A stretch of DNA of 59,792 nt from Capsulimonadales bacterium (GCA_033762295.1 JANRLW010000030.1:1-59792); one strand, 5' to 3'. Shown: positions 29,578 to 40,201, counted from the stretch's first letter. Numbers and translations are program-made. The notes: generated by a model not told the origin, from the letters alone.

Positions 29578-32403
29578 TCAGTAATAAAGGAACTCGTTGG
29601 CGTTGAGCAGGGCGCGGCAGAGGCCGGGCAGGTTCCCGGCGCGGATCAGCGCGATCGCGCCGTCCCGTTCGCCGGGCATCGGGTCTCGACCGAACGTCCG
29701 GCGGAACGCCTTTTGCGCCTGGACGACCGGAGACGCGCCCGCCTCGCGCCGGACACGCTCGGCGAGGAAGCCGGCTTGCTGCGTGACGAACGTTCCGTTC
29801 AGCAGGGCGAGCGACTGGAGCGCGGTCGTCGTGCTCTCGCGGCGAGGCGCACGCTGGCTCGATTCGGGGCAGTCGAACGCGCCGAGCAACGGGTCGCGGA
29901 TCGCCCGTGCGTTCTGCTGGTAGACACTCCGTCGCCAGGTCTCCGGGCCATACTCCTCCAGTGGCTCGTAAATCGCCACATTGACGACCCGGTAACGAAA
30001 CAGAGGGTAGCCGGGACCGCCTTGCCGCCGATCCAGTTTCCCGCTCGCCAGCAGGATCGCGTCCCGAACCGCTTCCGCTTCCATGCGCCGGAGCGGCATC
30101 CGCCAGAGCAGAACGTTTCCGGCGTCCTTCGCCATTGCTTGCGGAACCGCGTCGGAGGACTGACGATAGGTGTACGACAGGACCATACGCCGGTGCATCC
30201 GCTTGATCCGTCCGCCGTTTTTCAGGAAATCCGAGGCGAGATAATCGAGCAGTTCCGGGTGGGACGGTTTTTCGCCGTTGTTGCCGAAGTCGGAGGGGGT
30301 ATTGACCAGACCGCGCCCGAAGTGGTGTTGCCACAGGCGGTTGACGAGGACTCGCGCCGTCAGCGGGTTGCGCGGATCGGCGATCCAGCGCGCCAGCGCG
30401 AGTCGCCGTTCCGGTTCCGGCGCGTTCGGGTCGGCCAGGAGATCGGACGGCATCTGCCGTACCTGAGAAAGCCCGCCCGGAGTGACCTCATCGCCCCGTT
30501 GCATCACGTCGCCGCGTCGCAGGAGATGGATCGGGTCCGGTTCGGTGAAGTGGCCCGTGTAGGCGTTCCGGACCGGGTTCAGCGTGTCGGCGCGGCGGCG
30601 GAGATCGGTTCGGGCCGTCTCGATCGCTTCGATTCGCTGTCGTTCGGAAGGGGTCATTGCGGCGAGGATATCGGCATAGGCGGTCGTCGCCAGCGGGGCG
30701 CGGCCCTTTTCGGTGGACACCGTCGTCCAGCGCACGCCATCCTCGCTCACTTCGATCCGGTAAGCGGTCGCCAGTCGGTCGTCGAAACGGGGGTTGTCTC
30801 CCCCGTCACGGCTCCAGACGACGCGCCGGACGACCATGGTCGCCGGCAGTTCGATCCGGGCCCACCCTGCCCCACGTTCGTTGCTGATCCAGCTGCGATC
30901 GTTGCCCGCGACGCCGTCGTTCAGGTGCGGAATCTGATGGATGGGGTAGCCCGGCAAGAGCGAGGAGGCGGTCGCTTTCGCGCCGACGGACGCCAGAGCG
31001 AGATTGCGGTCCGCGTCGTCCCCGTAAATTCGGAGTTCGTCCAGATTCGGTTCCGCTCCGTCGTTGGTGGCGAGGACGACGAACCGGACGAACCGTGCGG
31101 GGACGGGGTCGAACTCGTCGACGTTGCGGCGGGCGTTCACCGCCGGTCGTGTGACGCCCGCCGTTCTGCGCCGGGCTTCCAGGCGTTCGCGCGCCGTCGC
31201 CTCGATCTCGGCCTTTTCATTGTTCCGTCGCGCGATTTCGTCCGTCAGCCGGTCGAGTTCCGCCCGTTCGGGGTCGGTCAGGCGGCGGGTGGTCAGCGGT
31301 CGTTCGGCGTGTCGCACACCGGCGAAGACGGCGGTCAGCCGGTAGTAGTCGTTTTGCGGGATCGGATCGAACTTGTGATCGTGACAGCGGGCGCAGCCGA
31401 TGGTCAGCCCGAGGAACGCCGCTCCGGTCGTCGAGACCATGTCATCCAGGTCGTTGGAGCGCTGCTGGCGCGTGCCCTCCTCCGTTTGAATGCCGACGGT
31501 GTCATGGATTCCGGCGACCAGGAATCCGGTCGCCGGCTCAAGCTGCGGATCGCCCTTGCCGACCACATCGCCCGCCAGTTGCTCGGCAATGAACCGGGCA
31601 TACGGTCGGTCCTCGTTGAAGGCGCGAATGACGTAATCGCGGTACGGCCAGGCGTTCGGCCGGACATGATTCTGTTCGTAACCGTGGCTTTCGCCGAATC
31701 GGACGATATCCAGCCAGTGTCGCCCCCAGCGTTCGCCGTAGGCGGGCGAGGCCAGCAGACGATCGACCACCTTCTCGTAGGCGTCCGGCGAAGGATCGTT
31801 GACGAACGCGGCGATTTCGTCGGGTGTCGGCGGCAGGCCGGTCAGATCGACGGTGACACGGCGCAGGAGGGCGTGCCGTCGGGCGGGCGGCGATGGACGC
31901 AGGCCGTTGCGCGCCAGTCGGTCGAAGACGAATCGGTCGATCGGGTCCCTGGCGAGCCGGTCGAACGGGGTACGGGGGACCGCCGGAGTCGCGATCGGGC
32001 GAAACGACCAGAGCGGCTTGATGACCAAACGAAGCGGTGTCAGCGGCTCCCGTGCATAGGCCGCGCCGTTCGCGATCCACCGTCGCAAAGTCTCCTGATC
32101 GGAGACGGGGAGTTTGGAATCCGGCGGCATCTGTCCGCCGGTGACTACCCGGACCACGCGGCTGCTCTCCGGATCGCCGGGGGAGAGGACGGAAAGCGCG
32201 TCCGAACGGCGTTCGAAGTTCACCTTGCCGGAGGCGGTTTTCCCGTTGTGGCAGGGAAGACATTTGGTCGCCAGAAGATCGGTCGCCTGCCGGTCGTCCG
32301 CCGGGCGGGAGGAACGCGTTCCTGCGGGAGCGAACGCCGCGAGCGTCGGCAGCGTCGCCGTGAATCCCAGCACCAGACAGATCGTACGCAGAGAGGAGGT
32401 CAT
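29578..32403 (-). CDS. Planctomycete cytochrome c / DUF1549 / DUF1553 (PSD1) protein with inserted F5/8-type C-like domain
   Basis: CLPCH, YGERWGRHWLD, CARCHDHKFDPI, NPLTARVLVNRLWQHHFGRG, PSHPELLDYLA, NANEFLY. Confidence 0.92.
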   Translation of the reverse strand: MTSSLRTICLVLGFTATLPTLAAFAPAGTRSSRPADDRQATDLLATKCLPCHNGKTASGKVNFERRSDALSVLSPGDPESSRVVRVVTGGQMPPDSKLPVSDQETLRRWIANGAAYAREPLTPLRLVIKPLWSFRPIATPAVPRTPFDRLARDPIDRFVFDRLARNGLRPSPPARRHALLRRVTVDLTGLPPTPDEIAAFVNDPSPDAYEKVVDRLLASPAYGERWGRHWLDIVRFGESHGYEQNHVRPNAWPYRDYVIRAFNEDRPYARFIAEQLAGDVVGKGDPQLEPATGFLVAGIHDTVGIQTEEGTRQQRSNDLDDMVSTTGAAFLGLTIGCARCHDHKFDPIPQNDYYRLTAVFAGVRHAERPLTTRRLTDPERAELDRLTDEIARRNNEKAEIEATARERLEARRRTAGVTRPAVNARRNVDEFDPVPARFVRFVVLATNDGAEPNLDELRIYGDDADRNLALASVGAKATASSLLPGYPIHQIPHLNDGVAGNDRSWISNERGAGWARIELPATMVVRRVVWSRDGGDNPRFDDRLATAYRIEVSEDGVRWTTVSTEKGRAPLATTAYADILAAMTPSERQRIEAIETARTDLRRRADTLNPVRNAYTGHFTEPDPIHLLRRGDVMQRGDEVTPGGLSQVRQMPSDLLADPNAPEPERRLALARWIADPRNPLTARVLVNRLWQHHFGRGLVNTPSDFGNNGEKPSHPELLDYLASDFLKNGGRIKRMHRRMVLSYTYRQSSDAVPQAMAKDAGNVLLWRMPLRRMEAEAVRDAILLASGKLDRRQGGPGYPLFRYRVVNVAIYEPLEEYGPETWRRSVYQQNARAIRDPLLGAFDCPESSQRAPRRESTTTALQSLALLNGTFVTQQAGFLAERVRREAGASPVVQAQKAFRRTFGRDPMPGERDGAIALIRAGNLPGLCRALLNANEFLYY

Positions 32404-32511
32404 CCGTGCCTCATACCGCCATGTCCGGGGTAGTTTCCGCCGGACGGAAACGATACGAACGCCGGTCGGTAACGGATTATTGCGGGCGATGCGCGGGTTT
32501 TCCTTCCCGTG

Positions 32512-32548
32512 AAAAAAGAAACCGGAGGAAAGTTCCCCCGGTTTCTTT
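32512..32548 (-). terminator. Intrinsic terminator after the second pilin-like gene
   Basis: AAAGAAACCGG..GGAA AG TTCC..CCGGTTTCTTT with a T-tract on the minus strand. Confidence 0.75.
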
Positions 32549-32570
32549 ATTATGGAGGGCGTCCTCCGGA

Positions 32571-33413
32571 TTACGGATTGCCCGGCGTGGTCTGCGTGGA
32601 GCAGTTGGCGGTGTACCAGCTCTCCTCGTCGGGGCAGAGGGTGCGCATCGGGTTGATGGAGTACTTGCCCTGGGAGCCGCGGAGGGTCTTCCAGTTGATG
32701 TACTTGGCATGACCGTCGAGGTAGGTCGCGTTGGTGCCGTCGCTATGCCGCTGGCTGGCCTGAGCGTAGATCTGCAGCCAGGTCGTATCGCCCGGTTCGA
32801 AGTACGGCGCGTTGTCCTCATCGAAGTCGTTGGTATCGTCATCTTCCGCGCCGGAGCGGACATCGGCCATGAAGAGGGCGTCCGCCGGGCGATCCCAGCT
32901 GGACAGGCGCATGTTCGGGTTGCTCAGACCGCCCACACCGGTCCATCCGAAGTTCTGCACCATTTCGTCGTTGCGTCCGTAGTGGCCGAAGAGGCAGGGC
33001 TTGTTGGCGCAGCCGCCGCCCGCCGTCGTCGCCGTCTCCGGAACGTTGGTCCAGAACGTGCCGGTCACGGCAGCCGCGTCGGTGGTGCCGTCATCGGTCC
33101 ATTTGAACGGGGCGGTAAAGTTGCGCTGGAACGGCCTCGGGGCGGAGGAACCGGGGCAGACGAAGATATCGATGCTCTTGACGTAGGGCAGGAGGTCGAT
33201 ATGGAACTCCCACCACTTGCGCCCGATGGTTTCGTCGTAGTCCTGAGCGTACATCAGGGTGGCGGTACCGAGCTGGCGCATATTGGAGAGGCAGGAAATC
33301 TGGCGGGCTTTGGCGCGCGCCTGGGCGAAGACCGGGAAAAGAATCGCTGCCAGAATGGCGATAATGGCGATAACCACGAGAAGTTCGATCAGAGTAAAGG
33401 CGGAACGGCGCAT
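32571..33413 (-). CDS. Prepilin-type N-terminal cleavage/methylation, DUF1559 and H-X9-DG domain protein
   Basis: [46 protein letters not shown]. Confidence 0.92.
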   Translation of the reverse strand: MRRSAFTLIELLVVIAIIAILAAILFPVFAQARAKARQISCLSNMRQLGTATLMYAQDYDETIGRKWWEFHIDLLPYVKSIDIFVCPGSSAPRPFQRNFTAPFKWTDDGTTDAAAVTGTFWTNVPETATTAGGGCANKPCLFGHYGRNDEMVQNFGWTGVGGLSNPNMRLSSWDRPADALFMADVRSGAEDDDTNDFDEDNAPYFEPGDTTWLQIYAQASQRHSDGTNATYLDGHAKYINWKTLRGSQGKYSINPMRTLCPDEESWYTANCSTQTTPGNP

Positions 33414-33620
33414 GAGAAGGCCCTTCTTGGTTGAACGGTTATTTGCCAGTAAAACGGCAAGGAGAGTGTACCACGGGGATTTTTCGCGGAGGTTAAGGGA
33501 AGTTTAAATGCGTGAAGAATTTCACGGAGCTGTCTTTCCGGCCCTTCGGACGGCGCGGGCGGGACGCAACGGGTAAAGGTTCGTATAATGGGCAAAAAGG
33601 GAAACGGAATCGGAAGATTG

Positions 33621-34514
33621 ATGACGAAACAAGAACACATCGGAATGCTGCTCCTCCTCGTGCTGGCGACGTGGCTCGGTCCGGTCCGCGCGCAGGAGGG
33701 ACGGGAGTATGCGCGTCCGGAACTGCTGGTGACAACGGAATGGGTGGCGACACATCGGACGGACGAAAAGGTTCGTCTCGTCGATATGCGCGAGGAATCG
33801 GCCTATACGGCGGGGCATATTCCGGGAGCGGTGCGAATCGAGGAGGGACCGTTGCGCAACCCGGAGGCACGATTCACCTATCTGCCGCGTCCGGAGGCGT
33901 TCGCCGCCCTGATGGAGAAGGCGGGCATCGGCAACCGGACCCATGTCGTGGTTTACGACGACCAGGGGGGACGGATGGCGGCCCGACTCTGGTACGTTCT
34001 CAACGCGTTCGGTCATTCGCGGGTCAGCCTGATGAATGGCGGGTGGAAGCGCTGGGTATCGGAGAATCGTCCGGCGGCGACCGAGATACCGTCCGTGCCG
34101 GCGGTTCGTTTCCGGGTGAAGGAGAGGCCGGAGATGACCTGTCCGCTGCCGGAGGTGCTGAAGCCCAAACCGGGAACGGTGGTTCTGGACGCCCGTTCGC
34201 CGGACGAGTATGTCGGAAAGACGGTATCGCCCCGCGCATCGAAGACCGGGCGCATCCCTGCCGCCGTGAATATCGAGTGGAAGGAGAACGTCACCGGCCC
34301 GGACCTGGAGTTCAAGAGCGCGGAGGAACTGCGGAAACTCTATACGGCGAAGGGCATTACTCCGGACCGGGAGATTGTCGTGTACTGCGCTTCGGGCGGC
34401 CGGGCGGCGCAATCTCTGTTCGCCCTGAAACTTCTCGGCTATCCGAAGGTGAAGGTCTACTACGGCTCGTTCAGCGACTACACCGCTCTGCCGGACGCCC
34501 CGATCGAGCAATAA
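33621..34514 (+). CDS. Tandem-domain rhodanese/sulfurtransferase with signal peptide
   Basis: YTAGHIPGAV, AARLWYVL, VLDARSPDEY, GRIP, active-site YCASGGRA, YYGSFSDY. Confidence 0.92.
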   Translation: MTKQEHIGMLLLLVLATWLGPVRAQEGREYARPELLVTTEWVATHRTDEKVRLVDMREESAYTAGHIPGAVRIEEGPLRNPEARFTYLPRPEAFAALMEKAGIGNRTHVVVYDDQGGRMAARLWYVLNAFGHSRVSLMNGGWKRWVSENRPAATEIPSVPAVRFRVKERPEMTCPLPEVLKPKPGTVVLDARSPDEYVGKTVSPRASKTGRIPAAVNIEWKENVTGPDLEFKSAEELRKLYTAKGITPDREIVVYCASGGRAAQSLFALKLLGYPKVKVYYGSFSDYTALPDAPIEQ

Positions 34515-34549
34515 TCAGCCAGGAATCCGTTGTCCGGGGCGCGGCGCGT

Positions 34550-35959
34550 CTACCGATCCGGTTCGATCAGGCGTGCGGCGCGTTCCTGTGCGGGATCGTG
34601 CCGGGCGAAGAGGGAGAGGATACTGGCTCCGAACAGCAGGGCGGCCAGTGTGAACAGCCCGGCGCGGTAATCCCGGGTGGCATCCTTCAGCAGTCCCATG
34701 AGATACGGGCCGACGAAGCCGCCCAGGTTCCCGACGGAGTTGATGAAGGCGATCCCGCCTGCCGCCGCCGCGCCGGTGAGCATGCTGGTCGGCATCGCCC
34801 AGAAAGGCCCCTGGCAACTGCCGTTCCCCAGGTTGATGATGACGAGCGCCAGCAGAGTGAAGTAGGGGTTATGGGAGAGAGCGGCCATGACGACGCCGAC
34901 CGCGCCGACCGCCGTACCGAACGCCATATGGTACTTGCGCTCACAGGTGCGGTCGGAGTGGGCCGCGCCGATCTGCATGGCGACCGCGCCGGCCAGGCCC
35001 GGAAGGGCGGCCATCAGGGCGATCCACTGGTCGCTCCAGTTCGTCTGTGACTTGAAGATTTGCGGGACGAAGAAGCCGAGCCCGTAGCCGACCGAAACGT
35101 ACAGGAAGAAGATGGCGCAGTAGTGGAGCAGGTCGCGGTTCTTCAGCGCCTGCGCCAGCGACAGTCCATGGTGTTTTTCACGGTGCCGACGCTCGCGGGC
35201 GAGGCGACCGAGCAGCCACTCCCGTTCCTCCGGACGCAACCATTCGGCCTGCTCCGGCCGGTCGGTGAGGTAGCGCAGGACCGCGAAGCCAAGAAGGCAG
35301 GAGGGGAGTCCTTCCAGCACGAACAGCCACTGCCAGCCCTTCAACCCCCAGAAGCCGTCCATACCCAGCAGGAGACCGGACAGCGGCCCGCCGAGGACCC
35401 CGACGACGGCGGAGACGGCGACGAAGCGGGCCACGGCCTGCGCTCGCTGGACGGTCGGGAACCAGTAGGTGAGATAGAGAATCATCCCCGGATAGAACCC
35501 CGCTTCGGCCACTCCGAGCAGAAAACGCATCGCGTAAAAGGAGAAGGGGGTAGTCACGAACATCATGCCGGCGGAGATCGCGCCCCAGGTGAACATGATG
35601 CGGGCGATCCAGATGCGTGCGCCGATCTTTTCCAGGATCAGATTGCTCGGAACCTCGAAGAAGAAGTACCCGATGAAGAACATACCCGCGCCGAGTCCGT
35701 ACACCGTGTCGGAGAAGGCGAGGTCCTTCTTCATCGTCAGCGACGCAATGCCGATATTGGTGCGATCGAGGATGTTGAAGGCGTAGATGAGAGCGATAAA
35801 GGGAATCAGTCGTCGGGTGATTTTGGCGAGAACGGTTCGTTCGAGCGTTTCGCCGGACACGGCATCGGACGGGGCAAGGGCGGATTCCACGCTGACATGT
35901 CTCCTGACATCGGAAGGGGGCCACCTCCGTGTGACCTGCCGCCATTGTAACGTGAACAC
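34550..35959 (-). CDS. MFS transporter (anion:cation symporter family)
   Basis: LDRTNIG, FEVPSNLIL, RFLLGVAEAGFYPG, GWQWLF, INSVGNLGGFVGP; real start probably ~35890. Confidence 0.93.
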   Translation of the reverse strand: MFTLQWRQVTRRWPPSDVRRHVSVESALAPSDAVSGETLERTVLAKITRRLIPFIALIYAFNILDRTNIGIASLTMKKDLAFSDTVYGLGAGMFFIGYFFFEVPSNLILEKIGARIWIARIMFTWGAISAGMMFVTTPFSFYAMRFLLGVAEAGFYPGMILYLTYWFPTVQRAQAVARFVAVSAVVGVLGGPLSGLLLGMDGFWGLKGWQWLFVLEGLPSCLLGFAVLRYLTDRPEQAEWLRPEEREWLLGRLARERRHREKHHGLSLAQALKNRDLLHYCAIFFLYVSVGYGLGFFVPQIFKSQTNWSDQWIALMAALPGLAGAVAMQIGAAHSDRTCERKYHMAFGTAVGAVGVVMAALSHNPYFTLLALVIINLGNGSCQGPFWAMPTSMLTGAAAAGGIAFINSVGNLGGFVGPYLMGLLKDATRDYRAGLFTLAALLFGASILSLFARHDPAQERAARLIEPDR

Positions 35960-36037
35960 TCCCCACGGTCAAGCCACGGAGGTTTTCCTGCGTTCCCGCG
36001 ACGAAAACAGGGGACGATTCCGTCCCCCGTTCGCGCT

Positions 36038-36646
36038 TTACATCACCTGTACGAGTTGTTCCTGACTGTGGGGGTCCAGCGCTTCCCGGTCAACGATCTC
36101 GAAGCGGTTGCCATCGACATCGGTGATGAGAATATGGTTGTCGGAGAGCCACATACAGGACTCCGACATACTCTGGACGACGAAATCGCGTTTACCGCGA
36201 TCGGTCAGGACATCCCAGTAGGTGACGCCGAACTCCTGCTTGATGTGCGGAATCGCGGTGATTCGGGCGGTCAGATAGCGGCGACGCAGTTCCTCCTCGG
36301 CGACCGGAACGGATTCCTCCGAAAGATCGCCGAGCCGATCCGCCATGACGATCTCCTCGCCTTTGCCGTCCTGCAGGACGATGAAGCGTCCTGGCATCGA
36401 GAGCGGCGCGGCCTGATAGATTCTGGCGACGGGATAGGAGTAGGACTCCCATCCGTCGCGACCATTGCGGTCGACGGTCACCCGGAGCGTGCCGGGCGGG
36501 TCATGAAAGAGCCGTACCGATTTGAGATCGAGGATCGGTTCCCGTTTGCCGTCCTGGGTCTGCAGGGGTTCGGTCCCGGAAGCGTCCGCGGAGATCGTCG
36601 GCGGTTTAACCGCCGACGCATCCGCCGCTGCCATCGTTTCGATCAT
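36038..36646 (-). CDS. DUF1854 domain protein
   Basis: EEELRRRYL, GVTYWDVLTDRG.RDF, LITDVDGNRF; directly downstream of the ABC exporter. Confidence 0.8.
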   Translation of the reverse strand: MIETMAAADASAVKPPTISADASGTEPLQTQDGKREPILDLKSVRLFHDPPGTLRVTVDRNGRDGWESYSYPVARIYQAAPLSMPGRFIVLQDGKGEEIVMADRLGDLSEESVPVAEEELRRRYLTARITAIPHIKQEFGVTYWDVLTDRGKRDFVVQSMSESCMWLSDNHILITDVDGNRFEIVDREALDPHSQEQLVQVM

Positions 36647-36648
36647 AG

Positions 36649-38934
36649 TTATTCTCCCTGTTCCTCTTCGGTGTAGGCGATATCGGAGGCCGCCTCGGCG
36701 ACGGCTTTCGACGTCTGCTTCTGCGTCTCGACCAGACTGTAGAAGATGCCCTTCTTCTCCATCAGTTCGGCGTGCGTTCCGACTTCGGCGATCTTGCCTT
36801 TCTCCAGTACGACCAGCCGGTCGGCGGTGCGGAGGGTCGACAGTCGGTGCGCGATGGCGAAGGTGGTGCGTCCGGCGGTCAGGTTACCGATAGCCTGCTG
36901 TATCTTCTTCTCGGTTTCGACGTCCACCGAGGAGGTCGCCTCGTCCATGATCAGGATACGCGGGTTATGCAGGATGGCGCGGGCGATGGAGACACGCTGT
37001 TTCTCACCGCCGGAGAGCTTGCCCCCCTTTTCACCGACCTGGGTGTCATAACCGTCCGGCTTTTGCACGATGAAGTCGTGAGCGCAGGCGGAGCGGGCCG
37101 CCGAGATCACCTCCTCCATGGTCGCGTCCGGCTTGCCGTAGCGGATGTTGTCCGCCACCGTCCCGTTGAACAGGAACGGTTCCTGAAGAACGATACCGAT
37201 ATGGCGGCGCAGGTCCTGCAGGTCGATATCCTTGACATCGACGCCGTCAACTTTGAGGGAGCCGGCATCGGCCTCATAGAAACGGCAGAGCAGGTTGACG
37301 GTGGTCGATTTGCCCGCGCCGGATCGCCCGACCAGTCCGATCATCTCGCCCGCTTTGACATCGAGGTTGATCCCTTTGAGGACCGGATTGGACTTGTCGT
37401 AGCCGAATCGAACATTGTCGAAGGTCACGTCGCCGCGCATGTTCGGCATTTTGACCGCGTCGGGGTTCTCGTACGCTTCCGGTTTGGAGTCGATAACCTC
37501 GAAAACGCGTTCCGCTCCCGCCATCGCGCGGGAGAACCACTGGTTGACCTGCGAGAACCACTGGAGCGGACCGTAGACCTGCCAGAGCAACTGCTGCGCG
37601 GCGAGCAGGGTTCCGAAGGTCATTTCGCCCTTCAAAACCAGATAGCCGCCGTATCCCCAGTTGATGAGCGCGCCGAGTCCGGTCAGGAAGAGCATCGCGC
37701 CGTTGAAGATGTACCAGCGTCGGTCGACGAAGATACCGGCCTGAGCGAGCGAGCGATTGCGTTTATCGAACTTGGCCCACTCGCCGCTCTCCTGGACGAA
37801 CGCCTCGACGACCCGGATACCGTTGATGGATTCGTTCAACTGGGTATGGAAGCGTCCCCACTGCTGACCGACCTTATGGAAGAGCGTGGACATGGGCTTC
37901 CACATCAGCAGGCCGCAGACGGCGACGATCGGGACCGGGACCAGGATGGCGAGCGACAGCTTGGGGAAGCTGACGATGCCGTAGATGCCGGTGCCGACCA
38001 GGGTCAGGCTGGCGGTCAGGAGGTAGGGGACCCCTTCGACGAGGAATCCCCAGACGCGGTCGGTGTCCTGGCTGACGCGGCTGATGATCGCTCCGGTCTG
38101 GCGTTTGTCGTAGAACGAGAGCTGCAGGTGTTCCAGGGCGCGGTAGACATCGGCCCGCAGGTCCTTGGCGATGTTGCCGGAAAGGAACGCGACGTTCCAT
38201 CCGCGAATCGCCTCGCAGAGCGCGCCGAGGGCCAGTGCGACGAGCATCATTCCGACATAGAGAAGGAGTTTGGGCAGTCCGACTTCGAGCGTCTGCGGCG
38301 TTTTGGAGTTCAGGACATGGTCGGTGATCTCACGGGGGAGGTGCGGGTTGAGCAGGGTCGTCGCGGTGGAGAGGAGGGACATCGAGGCGACGACGAGCAC
38401 CCGGGTTTTGTAGGGCGCCATGTAGGACAGGATGCGTCCGAGAACGGCCATGCGTTTGACACAGGCGGGGCAGCGTCCGTCCTTCTCGGGCAGCAGACGA
38501 TGGCACTTTTCGCAACGGGTCTTCTCATAGGTCAGCTTGATCGCCAGTTCCTCGCCTTTGGCGAGCTGTTCGATACCCCGCGCCATTTCGGAGAACCGGG
38601 GGGCGATGGAGGCGGTGAACTCGGCGATCGGCAGGATGCCGGCGGTGGTGGTGAGTTCCAGTCGTGCGCCGCCGACCAGGGATTCGGTGCGGGCGGTCTT
38701 GATGTCGCTCATCGGGACGGTCAGGAGCAGGGCTCCGGCTTCGTCGTAGACGCTGACACGGCTTCCGGTGACGCGCACTTCCCGTTTGCCGAAGGCGTGA
38801 CCTTCCTCCGCCACCAGGTCGGCGACTTCGGAAATCAGTATCTTTTCCTCGCCGGACGGCAGGGAGGCGTCGGCGGGAGGCGCTTCGGAGAGGGAAGGTT
38901 CCTGGGATTCCTGTGTACGGTCTTGAACCGTCAT
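36649..38934 (-). CDS. ABC exporter (TMD+NBD) with N-terminal extension and CxxC..CxxC motif
   Basis: GRSGAGKS, LSGGEKQR, ILIMDEATSSVD, IAHRLST; CEKC..CPAC before the TMD. Confidence 0.93.
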   Translation of the reverse strand: MTVQDRTQESQEPSLSEAPPADASLPSGEEKILISEVADLVAEEGHAFGKREVRVTGSRVSVYDEAGALLLTVPMSDIKTARTESLVGGARLELTTTAGILPIAEFTASIAPRFSEMARGIEQLAKGEELAIKLTYEKTRCEKCHRLLPEKDGRCPACVKRMAVLGRILSYMAPYKTRVLVVASMSLLSTATTLLNPHLPREITDHVLNSKTPQTLEVGLPKLLLYVGMMLVALALGALCEAIRGWNVAFLSGNIAKDLRADVYRALEHLQLSFYDKRQTGAIISRVSQDTDRVWGFLVEGVPYLLTASLTLVGTGIYGIVSFPKLSLAILVPVPIVAVCGLLMWKPMSTLFHKVGQQWGRFHTQLNESINGIRVVEAFVQESGEWAKFDKRNRSLAQAGIFVDRRWYIFNGAMLFLTGLGALINWGYGGYLVLKGEMTFGTLLAAQQLLWQVYGPLQWFSQVNQWFSRAMAGAERVFEVIDSKPEAYENPDAVKMPNMRGDVTFDNVRFGYDKSNPVLKGINLDVKAGEMIGLVGRSGAGKSTTVNLLCRFYEADAGSLKVDGVDVKDIDLQDLRRHIGIVLQEPFLFNGTVADNIRYGKPDATMEEVISAARSACAHDFIVQKPDGYDTQVGEKGGKLSGGEKQRVSIARAILHNPRILIMDEATSSVDVETEKKIQQAIGNLTAGRTTFAIAHRLSTLRTADRLVVLEKGKIAEVGTHAELMEKKGIFYSLVETQKQTSKAVAEAASDIAYTEEEQGE

Positions 38935-39192
38935 AAAAGCAGCCTTTCCGGGGTCAGATGGGCCCCTGCGGAACAGAGCGGCAGGGAGTGAACGCTGGCG
39001 GTGAATTATACCTTGATTGGAACACCGGTTCGGAGCCAGGCGTTCCGTGCCGGATTGTCTCCGTCGTAACCTATGCCTTATCGCCGCGACCCGGAAAGGC
39101 GGTAAATAAAAACGGAAAAAGAAAAAGGGGATGAAATCGGGGGATCGGACGGCTGTGCGACCTTACCGGGCGTCCATGACGCGGCAGCCCCG

Positions 39193-39230
39193 GCGACACC
39201 CCGGTTTCCAACAGGGAACCGGGGTGTCGC
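39193..39230 (-). terminator. 17-bp stem hairpin downstream of the UnbU-like gene
   Basis: GCGACACCCCGGTTTCC AACA GGGAACCGGGGTGTCGC. Confidence 0.6.
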
Positions 39231-39245
39231 GGTCTTGCGATCGTT

Positions 39246-40157
39246 TCAGGCGGCGGCCGGAGCGGGCGGGACGGCCGACGGAGGAAGGTCGCCCTTGGCG
39301 GCGGCCTTCTTCGCCTTCCACTGGTAGTAGATCTCGATCAGGTTGGAGGACGGCCCCATCAGGGTCAGGGCGAAGTAGGGCGCGTGGATCGCGATATGGA
39401 CCGGAGCCCACATCCGGAGAGCGGATTCCGTGGCCGCGATCAGGAAGGCGACCAGCATCTGCCCCTTTTTCGTGTGCAACGTCGTCTTCGGGTCCGTGAT
39501 CATGAAGAACACGTACAACTGGTACATCGGACCGGTGATCGGCGCGATCTCGGAGTAGAAGGCGTTCAGACTGAAACCGTTGCCGGAGACAAGCGAGCGC
39601 AGGAACGCAAACACGAAGAAAAAGAAGACGTAGGTCGCGCAGATATGGAATCGCTTCAGGTTATAGATGATGACGGACCCGAGAATCCAGACGATCACCA
39701 TCGGCAGAAGGTAGTTCCCCCACTGGATACTGAGGGTAGCGACGGTTTCCGGCGCGACGAGCAGGAGGATCACGATCGCCAGGTTGGAGGGGTTCCAGAG
39801 GTGTCGACCGTTGACCCGGATCACGTACTTGGAGGAGGTGGCGAGCATGCCCGCGATCACGTACGGCCACCATTCGGGCGAGCGGATCAGAATCCCGGCC
39901 GAGATACCGGTGACATACGCTGACGCGAGATGCGGGATTTTGCCGGTGACCAGTTTCCCGCAGACGATCTCGGTCAGGATACTGGCGAGGATGGCCATCG
40001 CCGTATACTCCCAGTGTTCCAGGAATTTGTACTGCATCTCTCCCATCAGGAGGATGAACGTGATCAGAATCGGGGCGATGAATCGCTGGTCGATACTGAA
40101 TCCCTGCGGTTTGCCGGGAGCGGGCGTCACTTTGTCCGCCAACATTGCGGAGGTCAT
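39246..40157 (-). CDS. UnbU / RnfD-NqrB-like membrane protein
   Basis: SAYVTG, SKYVIR..GRHLWNPSN, FFMITDPKT. Confidence 0.8.
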   Translation of the reverse strand: MTSAMLADKVTPAPGKPQGFSIDQRFIAPILITFILLMGEMQYKFLEHWEYTAMAILASILTEIVCGKLVTGKIPHLASAYVTGISAGILIRSPEWWPYVIAGMLATSSKYVIRVNGRHLWNPSNLAIVILLLVAPETVATLSIQWGNYLLPMVIVWILGSVIIYNLKRFHICATYVFFFFVFAFLRSLVSGNGFSLNAFYSEIAPITGPMYQLYVFFMITDPKTTLHTKKGQMLVAFLIAATESALRMWAPVHIAIHAPYFALTLMGPSSNLIEIYYQWKAKKAAAKGDLPPSAVPPAPAAA

Positions 40158-40201
40158 ACGATACGATTCCTTCCTAAAATACCTGAAAAAGCGAATAAGT
40201 T

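Noticed and set aside
29713..32433. Long antisense ORFs (906 aa here; also 36772-38991, 40220-41929, 17437-18816, 5333-6676)
   Set aside because: Shadow frames of well-supported genes in high-GC DNA; no recognisable motifs
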